Both the position numbers and the translations under genes were made by a program. Below, piece after piece: positions 1 to 10,774 of a stretch of DNA of 32,000 nt (position 1 is the stretch's first letter; each line of letters begins with the position of its first letter). This stretch comes from Methanothermobacter thermautotrophicus str. Delta H (GTDB taxonomy: Archaea; Methanobacteriota; Methanobacteria; Methanobacteriales; Methanothermobacteraceae), in the NCBI RefSeq assembly GCF_000008645.1, contig NC_000916.1, positions 1,620,001 to 1,652,000 of the forward strand, written 5' to 3'. The notes under the pieces were generated by a model. It was not told the origin of the DNA. It ran no database searches and saw nothing but the letters and a program-made list of their open reading frames with translations.

Positions 1-157
1 ATTATACCTTGCAGGAGTCCGTGAAAGGTACCTTGAACTTGCAGATAAAAACGGGTTCTACACTGTGAATGCTGAAAGGGGGGTTAACCTGATCCAGAGG
101 GATATAAGGAGGATACTGGCCCCCCATTTTGGCATATGTTCAGGGGGTATAATGTAG
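1..157 (+). CDS. C-terminal fragment, probable thymidylate kinase (truncated by window start)
   Basis: Open frame (phase starting at base 2) reads LYLAGVRERYLELADKNGFYTVNAERGVNLIQRDIRRILAPHFGICSGGIM*, resembling a dTMP kinase tail; not in the ORF track because it lacks a start here. Confidence 0.55.
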   Translation, partial: LYLAGVRERYLELADKNGFYTVNAERGVNLIQRDIRRILAPHFGICSGGIM

Positions 158-207
158 AAGGCGGCCCCGGATCCTTTTCAGGAAAAATAGAAACTTATTA
201 TGTGAAA

Positions 208-414
208 TCAGCTCTCTGAGCCGGGGTTTTCGAGTTCCTCTATTCTCTCCCTGAGGGACTCCAGGATTCTGTCCCTCGCCATCTCAAGTTCCTCCATTTC
301 ACCCCTCAGAACAGGGCCGTCATCGGTCTGTATCAGTTCAACCTCATATTTTTCGATTATTTCAGCCATTGTTGTATGTGTTATTCCAGGCGGCAGTCTC
401 ATCTCATAGAGCAT
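208..414 (-). CDS. Conserved hypothetical protein, small and charged (68 aa)
   Basis: ORF immediately downstream of tyrS on the same strand with no gap. Confidence 0.6.
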   Translation of the reverse strand: MLYEMRLPPGITHTTMAEIIEKYEVELIQTDDGPVLRGEMEELEMARDRILESLRERIEELENPGSES

Positions 415-1374
415 CTAAACACCTTCCATGTATTCCCTTACAGGTTCAAGCATATCCACAAGGTAGTCTGAGACAGCGTTCTTGAGGTCCAGGGGGTGCA
501 GCTCGCTACTGGAGTACATCTCAAGCAGCTCATCGAGTTCCAGTTCCAGGTCGCCCCCGAATTTCTCAGGTCTCCTTATGGTCATCATTCCATACTCTGG
601 CATTATGAAGTACTTCACGATTTCGATGATGGGGTTACCCTCAGTCTCACCCATGGGGCAGTAACTCTTCTTAACCTTCTCCCTTATTTCATCGGGGGAA
701 TCATCGACGGCTATGAAGTTACCCTTACTTGATGACATCTTTTCAGAACCATCGGTTCCATGAAGGAGGGGTGTGTGTATGCATACAGGGGCATCAAAGC
801 CAAGTCTGGGCAGGTTTTCACGTGCAAGCATGTGGATCTTTCTCTGTTCCATCCCACCGAGGGCAACATCAACGCCCAGGTAAACCATGTCTATGACCTG
901 CATTAAGGGGTATATGACCTCTGCAACCTTATGGTCCCTGGATTCCCTGGTTATCTGGGCCATACTCCTTTTTGCTCGCAGGAGGGTTGTTATGAGGGCC
1001 AGTCTGTAGACCAGGTCAGTGTATTCTGGTTCTGTCTGGAACGATGATCCCAGTATGAACTCGGTTCTCTCGGGTGAGAGTCCAAGGGCCAGGAAGCATT
1101 TCTGGTTGTAATCTGCAAGTTCCCTTATTCTCTCCATGCTCCCCTTCCCGTTGAGGTAGGCATGATAGTCTGCGAGGAGTATCTTGACCCTGAAGCCAGC
1201 ATCCTGGAGCTCCCTGAGTTTCCTTACCGTCAGGGCGTGCCCCAGATGAATCCTTCCTGAGGGCTCATATCCGGTGTAGACAACGGGTTCATCCTTCTTG
1301 AGGACATCCATTAACTCTTCAGGGGTTATGACCTCCAGAACGTCACGGGTTATGGTTTTCAGCGAATCATCCAT
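415..1374 (-). CDS. tyrS: Tyrosyl-tRNA synthetase
   Basis: 319 aa; class I signatures [11 protein letters not shown] (HIGH-like) and KMSSSKG; archaeal TyrRS length. Confidence 0.95.
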
Positions 1375-1378
1375 TCAA

Positions 1379-2437
1379 TCATTCCTCCGCCTCATCCTCG
1401 ATGATGTAGAGTCTTTTATCGATTTCTATGACAGGGACCTGTTCCCCTATATCCAGTGTTGATGTGTAGCTGTCCGCCTCAAGGTCCACGGGTTCAAAGG
1501 TTTCCGGGTGGAGTATCTGGATCATTCCAGGGGATCTTGAGGTTACAGTGGTGGTCTTCACATCATCTGCACGGCCCACAACATCCATATCCTCATATTC
1601 CCCCCAGAGTATGTTCTTTACCTCACGGGTCTCAAGGTCCCTCACACTCACGCCCTTCTTTCGGAGGTCAATGACTGCCAGAATTCTGTTATGGTGGGAT
1701 AGAAAGTCTCCAACCCTGAAATTCGCAAGCCTGAGGGATATCCACGTCCTGTAGAGGCCCTTGCCCGTCGATTTGTCCTGACCCATGAGTCTGGGGGACT
1801 CCATTGTTATCCCCCCGAGTTTCTCCCGGATGGCGTCCACAACCTTCCGGGCGGATTTGTGGGATCCTATGTAGTAGTCAACACCCTCCTTCACCTCAAC
1901 CCTCTGGGGGAGGTAGGCCAGTTTGTCCCGCCTGGAAAGTTTCAGGAGTGTCCTCTGGACAACCCTGTCAGCTGTTTCTATTTCGGTTTCTGCAAGTTCC
2001 CTTCCATCGGCCCTCAGCTGTATAACCGCCTCATAGTAGCCGGAGCTCTGTTTACTGCAGGTGGGGCATACTGTGTTGGTGATGCGGACCTCCACCTCGT
2101 ATTCCTGGCTGAGCCGCTTCCCGAGGACCTCTGCATCAACCTCCACAAGGCACCTGTAGATGGTGCCCCTCTCCTGCATTATTTCGAGTTCGATTTCAGG
2201 GTTCTCAACGGGTTCATCCCAGCTTATACTGTCCTCAAGGGCCCTGTACACGATTTCCTCGTCTGGGAGTCCTTCATCCAGCCACTGACCACTTATAAAC
2301 TTTGCACGGCAGTGGCTGCATACCCTGACCTCTATTCTGTCAGGTATCCTGAGGATACTGTAGTCCTCAAGGAAACAGTCCCTGCAGAGGCCTTCATATA
2401 ATTCAGAATCAGAACTACCGCATCTGACACAGAACAT
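1379..2437 (-). CDS. NMD3-family 60S/50S export and ribosome-associated protein homologue
   Basis: N-terminal paired Zn-binding CxxC motifs (CVRCG..CRDC, CSHC..CPTC) and NMD3-like organisation, 352 aa. Confidence 0.85.
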   Translation of the reverse strand: MFCVRCGSSDSELYEGLCRDCFLEDYSILRIPDRIEVRVCSHCRAKFISGQWLDEGLPDEEIVYRALEDSISWDEPVENPEIELEIMQERGTIYRCLVEVDAEVLGKRLSQEYEVEVRITNTVCPTCSKQSSGYYEAVIQLRADGRELAETEIETADRVVQRTLLKLSRRDKLAYLPQRVEVKEGVDYYIGSHKSARKVVDAIREKLGGITMESPRLMGQDKSTGKGLYRTWISLRLANFRVGDFLSHHNRILAVIDLRKKGVSVRDLETREVKNILWGEYEDMDVVGRADDVKTTTVTSRSPGMIQILHPETFEPVDLEADSYTSTLDIGEQVPVIEIDKRLYIIEDEAEE

Positions 2438-2463
2438 TTTCTATGGCTGCTCCTCTCTGTTCT

Positions 2464-2871
2464 CTAGACGTTCTTGAGGGGGGCCTTGGCACCACAGGCC
2501 TCACACTTGAGGAGTGATATGCGGCCCTCCCTGATTATCCTTGTGTCCGGTCTGTTGCATTCGTGGCATATGACGAACTTGTTCACGTAGTCCTCTATCC
2601 TCTCATTTATGAGGAAGTGGGTGAATTTTCCCTGAAGTATGGCCCTTCCGCCCTCAAGATTCCCTGCGGTACCCAGTTCCCTCAGAAGGAATTTCAGCAG
2701 GTGCTGCGGGTCCCTGTTGAGGGCATCTGCAACCTCCCTGAAGTTCTGTATGAATGTCCTGTTTCCCTGTATGACAGAGTATGCCTTTGGAACCTCAAAA
2801 CGTTTTGTTTCAAACACTTCAGGGGGCAGCTGGTCTATTGCCCTTTCAAGTAATTTTTCATAATCATCCAT
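2464..2871 (-). CDS. Translation initiation factor aIF-2 subunit beta
   Basis: 135 aa; C-terminal zinc ribbon [27 protein letters not shown] typical of eIF2B/eIF5 domain. Confidence 0.92.
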   Translation of the reverse strand: MDDYEKLLERAIDQLPPEVFETKRFEVPKAYSVIQGNRTFIQNFREVADALNRDPQHLLKFLLRELGTAGNLEGGRAILQGKFTHFLINERIEDYVNKFVICHECNRPDTRIIREGRISLLKCEACGAKAPLKNV

Positions 2872-2908
2872 AACTGATACCTCCAGTAAAAGTGTGTAAA
2901 TGGAAAAT

Positions 2909-4909
2909 TCAGACTATCTTAAGGTATCCCCTTGCGGGTTCAAATATGGCTCCCTTGTCCTTGAGGATCCTTATTAGTTCTTCAACCTTTTCCTCACTTA
3001 CATTATATCTATCCATCATCTCAGTTATAAGAATATTGGTGGGTGCCCTGCCACCGTAGTCATCCTCATATTCCTTTATGAGTTCAAGGAGAAGTCTGAA
3101 CTTATCCCTCTCTGATTTTGGTGTCCTCCCCTCAACCTTGTCTATATCTATCTTGCCTGTCTCGGGGTCATAGCCGACCTGTTTGAGGCAGGCCTGTGAC
3201 AGTTTTATTGCCTTCCTTGCATCCTCTGCCTCAACATGTTCCTTAAGTTTTATCTTGGCACTGGCCTCTGATAGACGCACAAGGGCCTCCAGCTGCCTCG
3301 CGGTTATGGGGACCGGTGAGTCCTCATCTGCGGCGCTGGCCCTCATGGAGACATAGAAGTCCTCCAGGACCTGCATGGCCTCATCTGTGAGGACCGGCCT
3401 GACGTTCTTCCTTGCATAGGCTATGTACTTCCTCAGGAGTTCAGGGTCAATCTCGAAGGGCATGTGGTCCTCCTTGTGTGTCTTGAGGATGTGCCTTGCA
3501 AGCTCCCTGTCCTTCTCCTCATCCGGTTTGTCCTCAACCACGAATATGAGGTCGAAACGTGATAGTATTGTTGATGGAAGATCTATCTGCTCTGCAATTG
3601 ACTTGTAACTATCGAATCTTCCGAACTTGGGGTTTGCAGCTGCCAGGACCGAACACCGGGAATTCAGGGTTGCCATTATCCCTGCCTTAGCTATGCTGAT
3701 GGTCTGCTGCTCCAGGGCCTCGTGTATGGCTGAGCGGTCCTCCTCACGCATCTTGTCAAGTTCGTCCACACAGACGTTACCCTTATCCCCGAGGACCAGG
3801 GCCCCTGCCTCAAGTGACCAGCCACCGAATTCGTCCCTCACGGCTGCCGCTGTGAGACCGACCCCTGAGGTACCCTTACCGCTGGTGTATATCCCCCTGG
3901 GGGCCAGCTTTGAGACGTACTTGAGCATCTGTGACTTACCGATACCCGGGTCCCCCACTATGAGTATGTGGATATCCCCACGGAGCCTGGTCTTATCATC
4001 CAGTTCCTTCCCGGTTCCTCCAAAGAGCTGGAGGGCTATGGCCTCCTTAACCTCACGGTAGCCGTGTATGGATGGTGCGGTGGACCTTATGATCTTCTCA
4101 TAGATGTTGGGGTCCCCTGCAAGCTCCTTTATCTTTTCCTCATCCTCTTCACTTATCTGGAGCTCCTCAAATTCCTGTTCAAGGAATTCGGTGTAGTTCC
4201 CGTAGATGAAGTTCTTGAAACGTTTTGTTCTCTCGTCCCGCACCGTCCTGAGGGTGCCGGTCACCCTCACAATATCCCCGGGTGTGAGGGTGTCAACCAG
4301 GTCGTCCTCCAGGACAACTGTTATCTGCCGGGGCTGTTCCCCACCGGAAAGGTTCTCCAGGGGCTCCTGGAGTTTCAGTGTCTGGGTGTCCAGGAACTCG
4401 GATTCGTCCTGAAGGAGCCTGAAGGATCTCCCACCACACTCTGAGCAGAGTGATGGCTCTGTGATCATGTTGGTTGACTGTGTTACCGCATGGTGCCGCA
4501 TACACCCACGGCACTCAAAGACGGCCTTAACTATCCTTGGCCTTATCTCATCGGTCTTCCTGACGATGCCATCAACTGCCACGAACTTACCTATGAATTT
4601 ACTCCGGAGCTCCCTGAGGGGTATTACGTTGCTGATCCCGCTGAACCTTATGTTGAGGTCCACATTCTTTCGGAGGCGGTCGATGTTCCTTATGGCCTGC
4701 TGGGCCGCCCTTATCACATCATCGGGTTTTTCGATGAGGAGGTCTGCAAGGTCAGGGTCAAACATTTCAAGGTCAAGATAATCAACTTCAATTGATCTGA
4801 CGTTTGGATATTTCTCTATTGCCTCAAATACCCTGTCCTTGTAGTCCTGCAGTGAAAAGAATTCCTCAAATTTTGTAAGTGTCTTGCTCTTATCCACGGT
4901 TTTCATCAT
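2909..4909 (-). CDS. mcm: Replicative minichromosome maintenance helicase (MCM)
   Basis: 666 aa; Walker [15 protein letters not shown], Walker B DELDKM, arginine finger region LSRFDLIF, zinc motif CRGC..CSEC. Confidence 0.97.
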   Translation of the reverse strand: MMKTVDKSKTLTKFEEFFSLQDYKDRVFEAIEKYPNVRSIEVDYLDLEMFDPDLADLLIEKPDDVIRAAQQAIRNIDRLRKNVDLNIRFSGISNVIPLRELRSKFIGKFVAVDGIVRKTDEIRPRIVKAVFECRGCMRHHAVTQSTNMITEPSLCSECGGRSFRLLQDESEFLDTQTLKLQEPLENLSGGEQPRQITVVLEDDLVDTLTPGDIVRVTGTLRTVRDERTKRFKNFIYGNYTEFLEQEFEELQISEEDEEKIKELAGDPNIYEKIIRSTAPSIHGYREVKEAIALQLFGGTGKELDDKTRLRGDIHILIVGDPGIGKSQMLKYVSKLAPRGIYTSGKGTSGVGLTAAAVRDEFGGWSLEAGALVLGDKGNVCVDELDKMREEDRSAIHEALEQQTISIAKAGIMATLNSRCSVLAAANPKFGRFDSYKSIAEQIDLPSTILSRFDLIFVVEDKPDEEKDRELARHILKTHKEDHMPFEIDPELLRKYIAYARKNVRPVLTDEAMQVLEDFYVSMRASAADEDSPVPITARQLEALVRLSEASAKIKLKEHVEAEDARKAIKLSQACLKQVGYDPETGKIDIDKVEGRTPKSERDKFRLLLELIKEYEDDYGGRAPTNILITEMMDRYNVSEEKVEELIRILKDKGAIFEPARGYLKIV

Positions 4910-5054
4910 GGAAAGTATATTATGATAACATTATAAACCTTAGTCTGTGCACAGATAACTGTAAACAGAACTTAGTTTAGCGTGCTCTGGAGGGACCAGA
5001 TCAGATATAAAACTGTGAACTGAGAGCTGAATCCACGGCAACGGGGTTGATAGA

Positions 5055-5489
5055 ATGAAGAGATCAAGGATAAACCTTTTTAAACTGACTTCAATGACCA
5101 TATCCGTCCTGGGAGTTCTTCTTATAATAGGAACAATCCTGGTATTTGCCTACATAGGTGTTGATACCATCTCAGATGCAATATCAGGTAGTGTGAACAG
5201 GGGGGAGGAGTACGATGAACTTGCAAAGCTTCAGAGCGACTACTCTTCCCTGAAGGTCCAGTACGATTCAGTCAAGAAGGAGGTATACCAGAGGAACAAT
5301 GATAACCTCACGAAGACCTACCTGAATGCTGAAATAGAACTTGTGAAGGCAAGGTCAGCTATAGACGACGTTAAAAGTGCACTTGAGACCAGCAAGCCCA
5401 AATCAGAGGTTGATGAAAGGATTAAAACGGCCAGGTATCAGCTACAGGTAGCCTCACAGGCCCTGAGTGATGTGAGGGCCCTCATGTAG
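5055..5489 (+). CDS. Hypothetical membrane-anchored coiled-coil protein
   Basis: 144 aa; N-terminal TM segment followed by helical/coiled-coil-like sequence. Confidence 0.7.
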   Translation: MKRSRINLFKLTSMTISVLGVLLIIGTILVFAYIGVDTISDAISGSVNRGEEYDELAKLQSDYSSLKVQYDSVKKEVYQRNNDNLTKTYLNAEIELVKARSAIDDVKSALETSKPKSEVDERIKTARYQLQVASQALSDVRALM

Positions 5490-5543
5490 TTTCAGGGGAT
5501 CCTTCTCTCCCATTTTCTTTTACTCTTATCTTTCATGTGGGTT

Positions 5544-6179
5544 CTAGTGGATTATTCTTTCCCATTTTTCTTTACCCTTGAAGTCCCTCCCCACAATGTA
5601 CATCTCTGCACTGGCCTTCCTTGATGAGGCCGGCTTGGTGGTTTTAAGTTTCCAGAAGTCCTTCCTCAGTTCCTTTATAACCCTGTCAAGCTCAGGGCCC
5701 TGGAATGCCTTTATCAGGATGTTTCCCTTCCTGTCAAGGACCCTGTAGGCTATGTCAAGGACGTTCTCAACGAGGTCCACTGACCTCAGATGGTCAATAT
5801 CCCTTATACCTGAGAGTGATGGTGCTGCATCTGATATGACCACGTCGGCCCTGCCTCCAAGTTCCCTGATTATTTTATCCTTCACCTCAGGGTCGGTGAA
5901 GTCTCCCCTTATTGCCCTGAAGTTTTCAGCAGGGAAACCCTTTATCCTCTGGAGGTCAACGGCGACCACAAGTCCCTCCTCTCCGACCTTATCAAGGGCA
6001 ACCTGCGACCAGCCCCCGGGGGCCGCGCCCAGGTCAAGGACCCTGTCACCCTTCTTTATAAGCTTATATTTGTTGTTGAGCTGCAGTAACTTGTAGGATG
6101 CCCTTGAACGGTAGTTCTCCTTCTTGGCGCTTCTGTAGTAGTGGTCCCTCTTCCTTTCGGCCTGCCACCGTTTACCCAT
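5544..6179 (-). CDS. rlmE: FtsJ/RlmE-family rRNA 2'-O-methyltransferase
   Basis: [33 protein letters not shown] (SAM motif I), [11 protein letters not shown]. Confidence 0.92.
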   Translation of the reverse strand: MGKRWQAERKRDHYYRSAKKENYRSRASYKLLQLNNKYKLIKKGDRVLDLGAAPGGWSQVALDKVGEEGLVVAVDLQRIKGFPAENFRAIRGDFTDPEVKDKIIRELGGRADVVISDAAPSLSGIRDIDHLRSVDLVENVLDIAYRVLDRKGNILIKAFQGPELDRVIKELRKDFWKLKTTKPASSRKASAEMYIVGRDFKGKEKWERIIH

Positions 6180-6183
6180 ATGA

Positions 6184-6702
6184 TCACCTCCTGAAATTCA
6201 GGGACCTGCATACAGGTGCCCCGGTTCTTATTATCTCGGCGTCCAGTTTTTCCCCATCAATTCTGAGCACCATGACACTTGGATCCGTGAGGCGAGGCAC
6301 GGTGGGGCTTCCAGGGTTAAGGAGGACCATATCTTCAAGTTCCCTTATGAAGGGCTGGTGGGTGTGCCCGCTTATCAGGACATCGGCTCCCAGTTCAAGG
6401 CCGAGGTACCTCAGCTGCTGGGTGTCACCCCGGGGGTAGACCTCACCGTGGATTAGCCCCACCCTGAAGGATTCGATCTCAAATAGCCTTGACCTGGGGG
6501 TTTCTATACCATAGTGGCGGTCCATGTTTCCCTGCACACACTCCACAGGGGCCAGTGTTTCGAGTTCCGTGAGGATATCAGGGGATGTTAGATCACCTGC
6601 ATGGAGTATCAGTTCAACGTCCCTGAAGGCATCAAAAACGGCCTCCGGGATCTCTGATGCCCTGTCAGGTATATGTGTATCTGATATAACGCCTATAAGC
6701 AT
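6184..6702 (-). CDS. YfcE/MJ0936-family metallophosphodiesterase
   Basis: [36 protein letters not shown] motifs. Confidence 0.9.
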   Translation of the reverse strand: MLIGVISDTHIPDRASEIPEAVFDAFRDVELILHAGDLTSPDILTELETLAPVECVQGNMDRHYGIETPRSRLFEIESFRVGLIHGEVYPRGDTQQLRYLGLELGADVLISGHTHQPFIRELEDMVLLNPGSPTVPRLTDPSVMVLRIDGEKLDAEIIRTGAPVCRSLNFRR

Positions 6703-6762
6703 CTCAACTCTCCTTGATGTGCTTGATTTTAAGACATCTGCTGGATGTATGCTTTAAAGTTA

Positions 6763-6845
6763 GTTATCTCTATTCCTTTAATTAGTTTTTCCGGGATCTG
6801 GATGGAGAAGGGAACATGTTATCTCTGTTCCTTTAATTAGTTTTT
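6763..6845 (+). repeat. Two 28-nt direct copies, one mismatch, offset 55 nt
   Basis: GTTATCTCTATTCCTTTAATTAGTTTTT at 6763-6790 and GTTATCTCTGTTCCTTTAATTAGTTTTT at 6818-6845. Confidence 0.85.
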
Positions 6846-7078
6846 TCATTTAGAGGAGAAGATAAAATGGAATGAAATTATGGTGGGCAGGTTATCCTAC
6901 AAACTCCTTAAACCCATACCCATCATTTAACCTTGGAGGTCAAGTCTTTTAGGGGCCGGTTCCATCATAGAACCCCAACTCAAAGGGGCACAGGGGCACC
7001 TGCCTGGAAGACCTTCAAAGCGGAGGTAAGCATCGACCGGGTATTGCTCTTCTTTCAGATATTCTGTAATGAACGTTA

Positions 7079-7447
7079 TCAGTCACCTGCAAGGAAACCT
7101 CCAATCGCCCCGCCAATACCCATGAAGAGCATTGACACAATCAGGAGGGCCAGCACGAGCACTCCCCCTGCAAAGGCTCCAATCAGGAAACCTACAGGTC
7201 CGGCCAGGGCAGTTCCAAAGATCGTGAGTAAAATGGCAACCAATATGCCTCCAAATGCCCCCGCAACAGTCGCATTCCAGAAACCCCCACTGGCCCCCTC
7301 ATTTACCATGAGACCAACGACAAAGCCCGCCAGGAATAATCCAAGGATTGAAGCATGCCCAATAAAGGGGCTGAGGATGTATGGAAAAACAATTGAAAGT
7401 ATAAATCCAAGAATAACGGCTCCCCACTTAACCATTGTAAACACCAT
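7079..7447 (-). CDS. Small glycine-rich membrane protein (DUF5518-like)
   Basis: 122 aa, multiple hydrophobic segments with GFxxG repeats. Confidence 0.7.
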   Translation of the reverse strand: MVFTMVKWGAVILGFILSIVFPYILSPFIGHASILGLFLAGFVVGLMVNEGASGGFWNATVAGAFGGILVAILLTIFGTALAGPVGFLIGAFAGGVLVLALLIVSMLFMGIGGAIGGFLAGD

Positions 7448-7509
7448 TACAGTTTATGTCTCGGAGTCCTAAAAAACTTTTAGATTTATAGTTATCATGC
7501 AACATAATT

Positions 7510-8985
7510 ATGGGCATGGATGAGAAATCTGTGGCCATTGTATTCCCCCACCACCTCCTGGAGGACCACCCTGCAGCAGGGAAAACCTCAGGTTTCATCC
7601 TGGTGGAGGACCAGCTCTTCTTTGGAGACCCGGTATTTGGACTCAGATTCCATAAGAACAAGCTTGTACTCCATCGGGCTTCAATGCGCTACTACCATGA
7701 CCACCTTAAATCAAGGGGTCTTAAGGCGGAATACATACAATACAGTCCTGACCCGCACATGGGGTACCTCAGGGACCACCTGGAGGGATATGACCGTGTC
7801 TACACACTTGAGCTCCTTGACCATGAACTTGAGGCGAGAATGAAGAAACTCTCCATGGAACTGGGACTTGAAATAACTGAAATTGAGGCCCCATTCATCT
7901 TCAGGAGGAATCTGATGGACGGTTACTTCAGGGATGGGAGGTTCCTCCTGAGATCATTCTACATCAGGGAGAGGAAGAGGCTTTCCATTCTCATGGAAAA
8001 TTCCAGACCAGCAGGTGGTAAGTGGACATTTGACACCGAAAACAGGAAGAGAATGCCCCCCGACCTGCAGGTACCAGCCCCTGTGAAACTCCCAGAAAAT
8101 GAATACGTACAGGAGGCGAAGGAGTATGTTTCAGAGAAATTTCCTGACAACCCGGGATCCATGGACCGCTTCAATTACCCCACAACACACACTGAAGCCA
8201 GGATTTTCCTGAAGGACTTCATTGAGAGGAGAATTAAAAACTTTGGAAGCTACCAGGACTTCATATCCCGTGATGAGACCTTTCTGTTCCACTCGGTACT
8301 CTCATCTTCACTTAACATATGCCTCCTCACGCCCATGGAGGTTATAAGGGCAGTCCTCAAGGCAGATGCGCCACTGAACTCCATCGAGGGGTTTGTAAGG
8401 CAGGTGATGGGCTGGCGGGAATTCATAAGGGCAGTTTATATTCTTAAGGGACCCTATGAGAGGACAAGGAACTTCTTCAACCACAGAGGGAAACTCAATC
8501 CTAAACTCTCCCATGGTGAAACAGGTATAGATCCCTATGACATTGCTGTGGGGAGGGTTCTGGGGCACGGCTACACCCATCACATTGAACGGCTCATGGT
8601 GATAGGGAATTTAATGCTGCTCCTTGGCACGGACCCGGATGAGGTCTACAGGTGGTTCATGGAGATGTTCATAGACGCCTATGACTGGGTGATGGTGCCA
8701 AACGTTTATGGAATGAGCCAGTACGCTGATGGCGGGCTGATTGCAACCAAGCCTTACATCTCATCGTCAAATTACATCCTCAGGATGAGTGATCACCGAC
8801 GCGGGGACTGGTGCAGGGTCTGGGATGCCCTCTTCTGGACATTTCTAAATGAAAAAAGGAGCTTGATAGGAAACAATCCCCGTATCAGGGTTCTATACAG
8901 GCACCTGACTGACAGGAAACTCGAAGAATTCAGAGGGATCCGTGAAGAGTTCATGGGGGAACTGATGGGCCGGCAGGGATTGTAG
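7510..8985 (+). CDS. Deoxyribodipyrimidine photolyase-related protein (FeS-BCP/PhrB-like family)
   Basis: 491 aa; FVRQVMGWREFIRAVY, HHIERLMVIGNLMLLLGTDPDEVYRWFMEMFIDAYDWVMVPNVYGMSQYADGGLIATKPYISSSNYI typical of the family. Confidence 0.85.
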   Translation: MGMDEKSVAIVFPHHLLEDHPAAGKTSGFILVEDQLFFGDPVFGLRFHKNKLVLHRASMRYYHDHLKSRGLKAEYIQYSPDPHMGYLRDHLEGYDRVYTLELLDHELEARMKKLSMELGLEITEIEAPFIFRRNLMDGYFRDGRFLLRSFYIRERKRLSILMENSRPAGGKWTFDTENRKRMPPDLQVPAPVKLPENEYVQEAKEYVSEKFPDNPGSMDRFNYPTTHTEARIFLKDFIERRIKNFGSYQDFISRDETFLFHSVLSSSLNICLLTPMEVIRAVLKADAPLNSIEGFVRQVMGWREFIRAVYILKGPYERTRNFFNHRGKLNPKLSHGETGIDPYDIAVGRVLGHGYTHHIERLMVIGNLMLLLGTDPDEVYRWFMEMFIDAYDWVMVPNVYGMSQYADGGLIATKPYISSSNYILRMSDHRRGDWCRVWDALFWTFLNEKRSLIGNNPRIRVLYRHLTDRKLEEFRGIREEFMGELMGRQGL

Positions 8986-9068
8986 TTAACTGTCAATCCG
9001 CTGGGGGCTGCTGATCGATTGAAGTTTAATGGTTTCTACCCTTAAAATCCACAGAAAAATGGTGAAGG

Positions 9069-9764
9069 TTAATCATATCCGGTATAGTCAAGGGCGCCCT
9101 CATTGTAGAGCCTCTGGAGGTCAGATGCGTGGCTGAGTTCATATGCAGCATAGGGGTTGTTCAGGTAGGGATGCAGGAGCCCCTTCACGATGTAATAGTA
9201 GGCTCCGAGTCTACCGTACTGCCTCCAGGCGATCTGGACATAGAGCGGGAAACCGCAGCCAGGATTGATGAAAACGTTACCCTCCCTGACTGTGCCGTGG
9301 AAGACCATGGGCATGGGACCCTCCTGTCCCTTACTCCTGGCAACACTCTCAACGTAATCCATGGCCTCATCAAGACTGTCGAATTCATATCCGTCCGCCC
9401 GGTAGCGGTATTTACCATCCGGGATCCCGAATATGAATGATTCGATGACCTCGCCCCAGTCTATGTCGGTCCGGTACTCTGAACTGATGTATGCAAGTTC
9501 TATTATGGTGACGTTGCCCTCCCGGTAGTGCATGTAGTTTGAACTTCCGGCGTAATGGACCACGAGGGCGCATTTGGATCCCCTCTGGGCCGCATAGGAT
9601 GCCAGGACCTTTGACTGGGGGTGCCCTGGATACATGTCAGGGTTTGCCAGTTTAACGAAGCCCAGACGCCCCACAGGTTCCACTGGACTCAGTGCAGTCA
9701 CCCCGTAGAGGTAGGCGCCGAATAGTAGAATGGCTCCGATGATTATGTAGGATGATCTTGCCAT
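9069..9764 (-). CDS. Hypothetical protein with N-terminal TM/signal-like segment
   Basis: 231 aa intact ORF beginning MARSSYIIIGAILLFGAYLYGV. Confidence 0.6.
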   Translation of the reverse strand: MARSSYIIIGAILLFGAYLYGVTALSPVEPVGRLGFVKLANPDMYPGHPQSKVLASYAAQRGSKCALVVHYAGSSNYMHYREGNVTIIELAYISSEYRTDIDWGEVIESFIFGIPDGKYRYRADGYEFDSLDEAMDYVESVARSKGQEGPMPMVFHGTVREGNVFINPGCGFPLYVQIAWRQYGRLGAYYYIVKGLLHPYLNNPYAAYELSHASDLQRLYNEGALDYTGYD

Positions 9765-9869
9765 GTTATCCTCGTTGATGAATTACTTATTTATGCTAAG
9801 GGGCCATGCTGTATAAAAGTAACGGTGTCCCAGGTGAGAAAACTTTCTAGATTAAATTCCTCAGATGAA

Positions 9870-10594
9870 TCATCTTTTCTTCAGCATCTCCTTGATTTCA
9901 GCAACCTCCCTTCTGAGGTCCTCTATGCCCCTTTCTATTTCCCCGATCCTTTCATGGACTTCGCGCTCCTCCTCGGGGTTCCTGACAAACCATGAGGCCA
10001 GTGAAGCTGTCAGGAACCCCACAAAGGTGACACCAACCAGCATGAGGATGCTTGTTATGGCCTTGCCATAGATGGTCCTGGGGGGTATCACGACCTCCCC
10101 GGCGATTATTGTTGTTAAACTGTACCAGAGGGAGTCCAGGGGTCCATGGAGGAGCTGTTGACCCCTGACTCCATCATGTAAAAGAACATTGTCCCGGCCA
10201 CGAGTGCAATTAGGAGTGTTCCCACAGCCTGGTCAAGGTGTGTATCCACAAGGAAGGTGAAAAACTTCTTGAGGTACTTCCTGAAGAGGGCGATAACCTT
10301 CACAACCCTTATTATCCTTATAAAACGGAATGCCCGGAAGAAGTCCACCGGGAGGAATGCGATTATATCAAGCCAGTTTTCCAGCAGGAATTTCTTACGA
10401 TCCTCTGCCCTTTTCAGGTTTACTGAGAATTCTATGAATAGGATTATGCAGAGGACGAGGTCAAACTGGTTTATGGCGTTCACGGTCAGGGGATTTGATG
10501 GGTAAAATGAGATGTAGCTGAGTAGCACTATGTCAAGGATGATGAGAAACAGCAGGGCAATTTCCTTGGCTCTTATGAGCTTCCAGTAATCCAT
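9870..10594 (-). pseudogene. Voltage-gated/K-channel-like ion channel, split by a frameshift
   Basis: ORF 10115-10594 (voltage-sensor-like, FRAFRFIRIIRVVKVIALFRKYLKK) continues after a -1 shift as LDSLWYSLTTIIAGEVVIPPRTIYGKAITSILMLVGV into ORF 9870-10091; total span 725 nt = 3n+2. Confidence 0.75.
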
Positions 10595-10774
10595 GTCAAT
10601 CCCATTATGAGGTTGATCTGACTGCTGAAAATACTTTACCTTTTCATGGCTTTTAGTTTTACTTTAACTGTCAACTTCAGTATACTACCCTATTACGAAG
10701 GACAAGTTCCGCATCGAAATCTAGATATGGGCGCGGGTCCAGATAAACATACGGAAAGATGGGGGGAGGTGCAT

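Noticed and set aside
482-4795. Plus-strand ORFs antisense to tyrS, NMD3, aIF2-beta and mcm
   Set aside because: Low-complexity or non-family-like translations that mirror codon structure of strong minus-strand genes; shadow ORFs.
6900-7075. Possible tRNA or small RNA in the intergenic gap
   Set aside because: No T-loop consensus or cloverleaf arms found by eye; no strong promoter-terminator layout.
10646-10774. N-terminal extension of the stomatin ORF
   Set aside because: The internal ATG at 10775 has a strong purine-rich ribosome binding site and begins at the usual membrane anchor.
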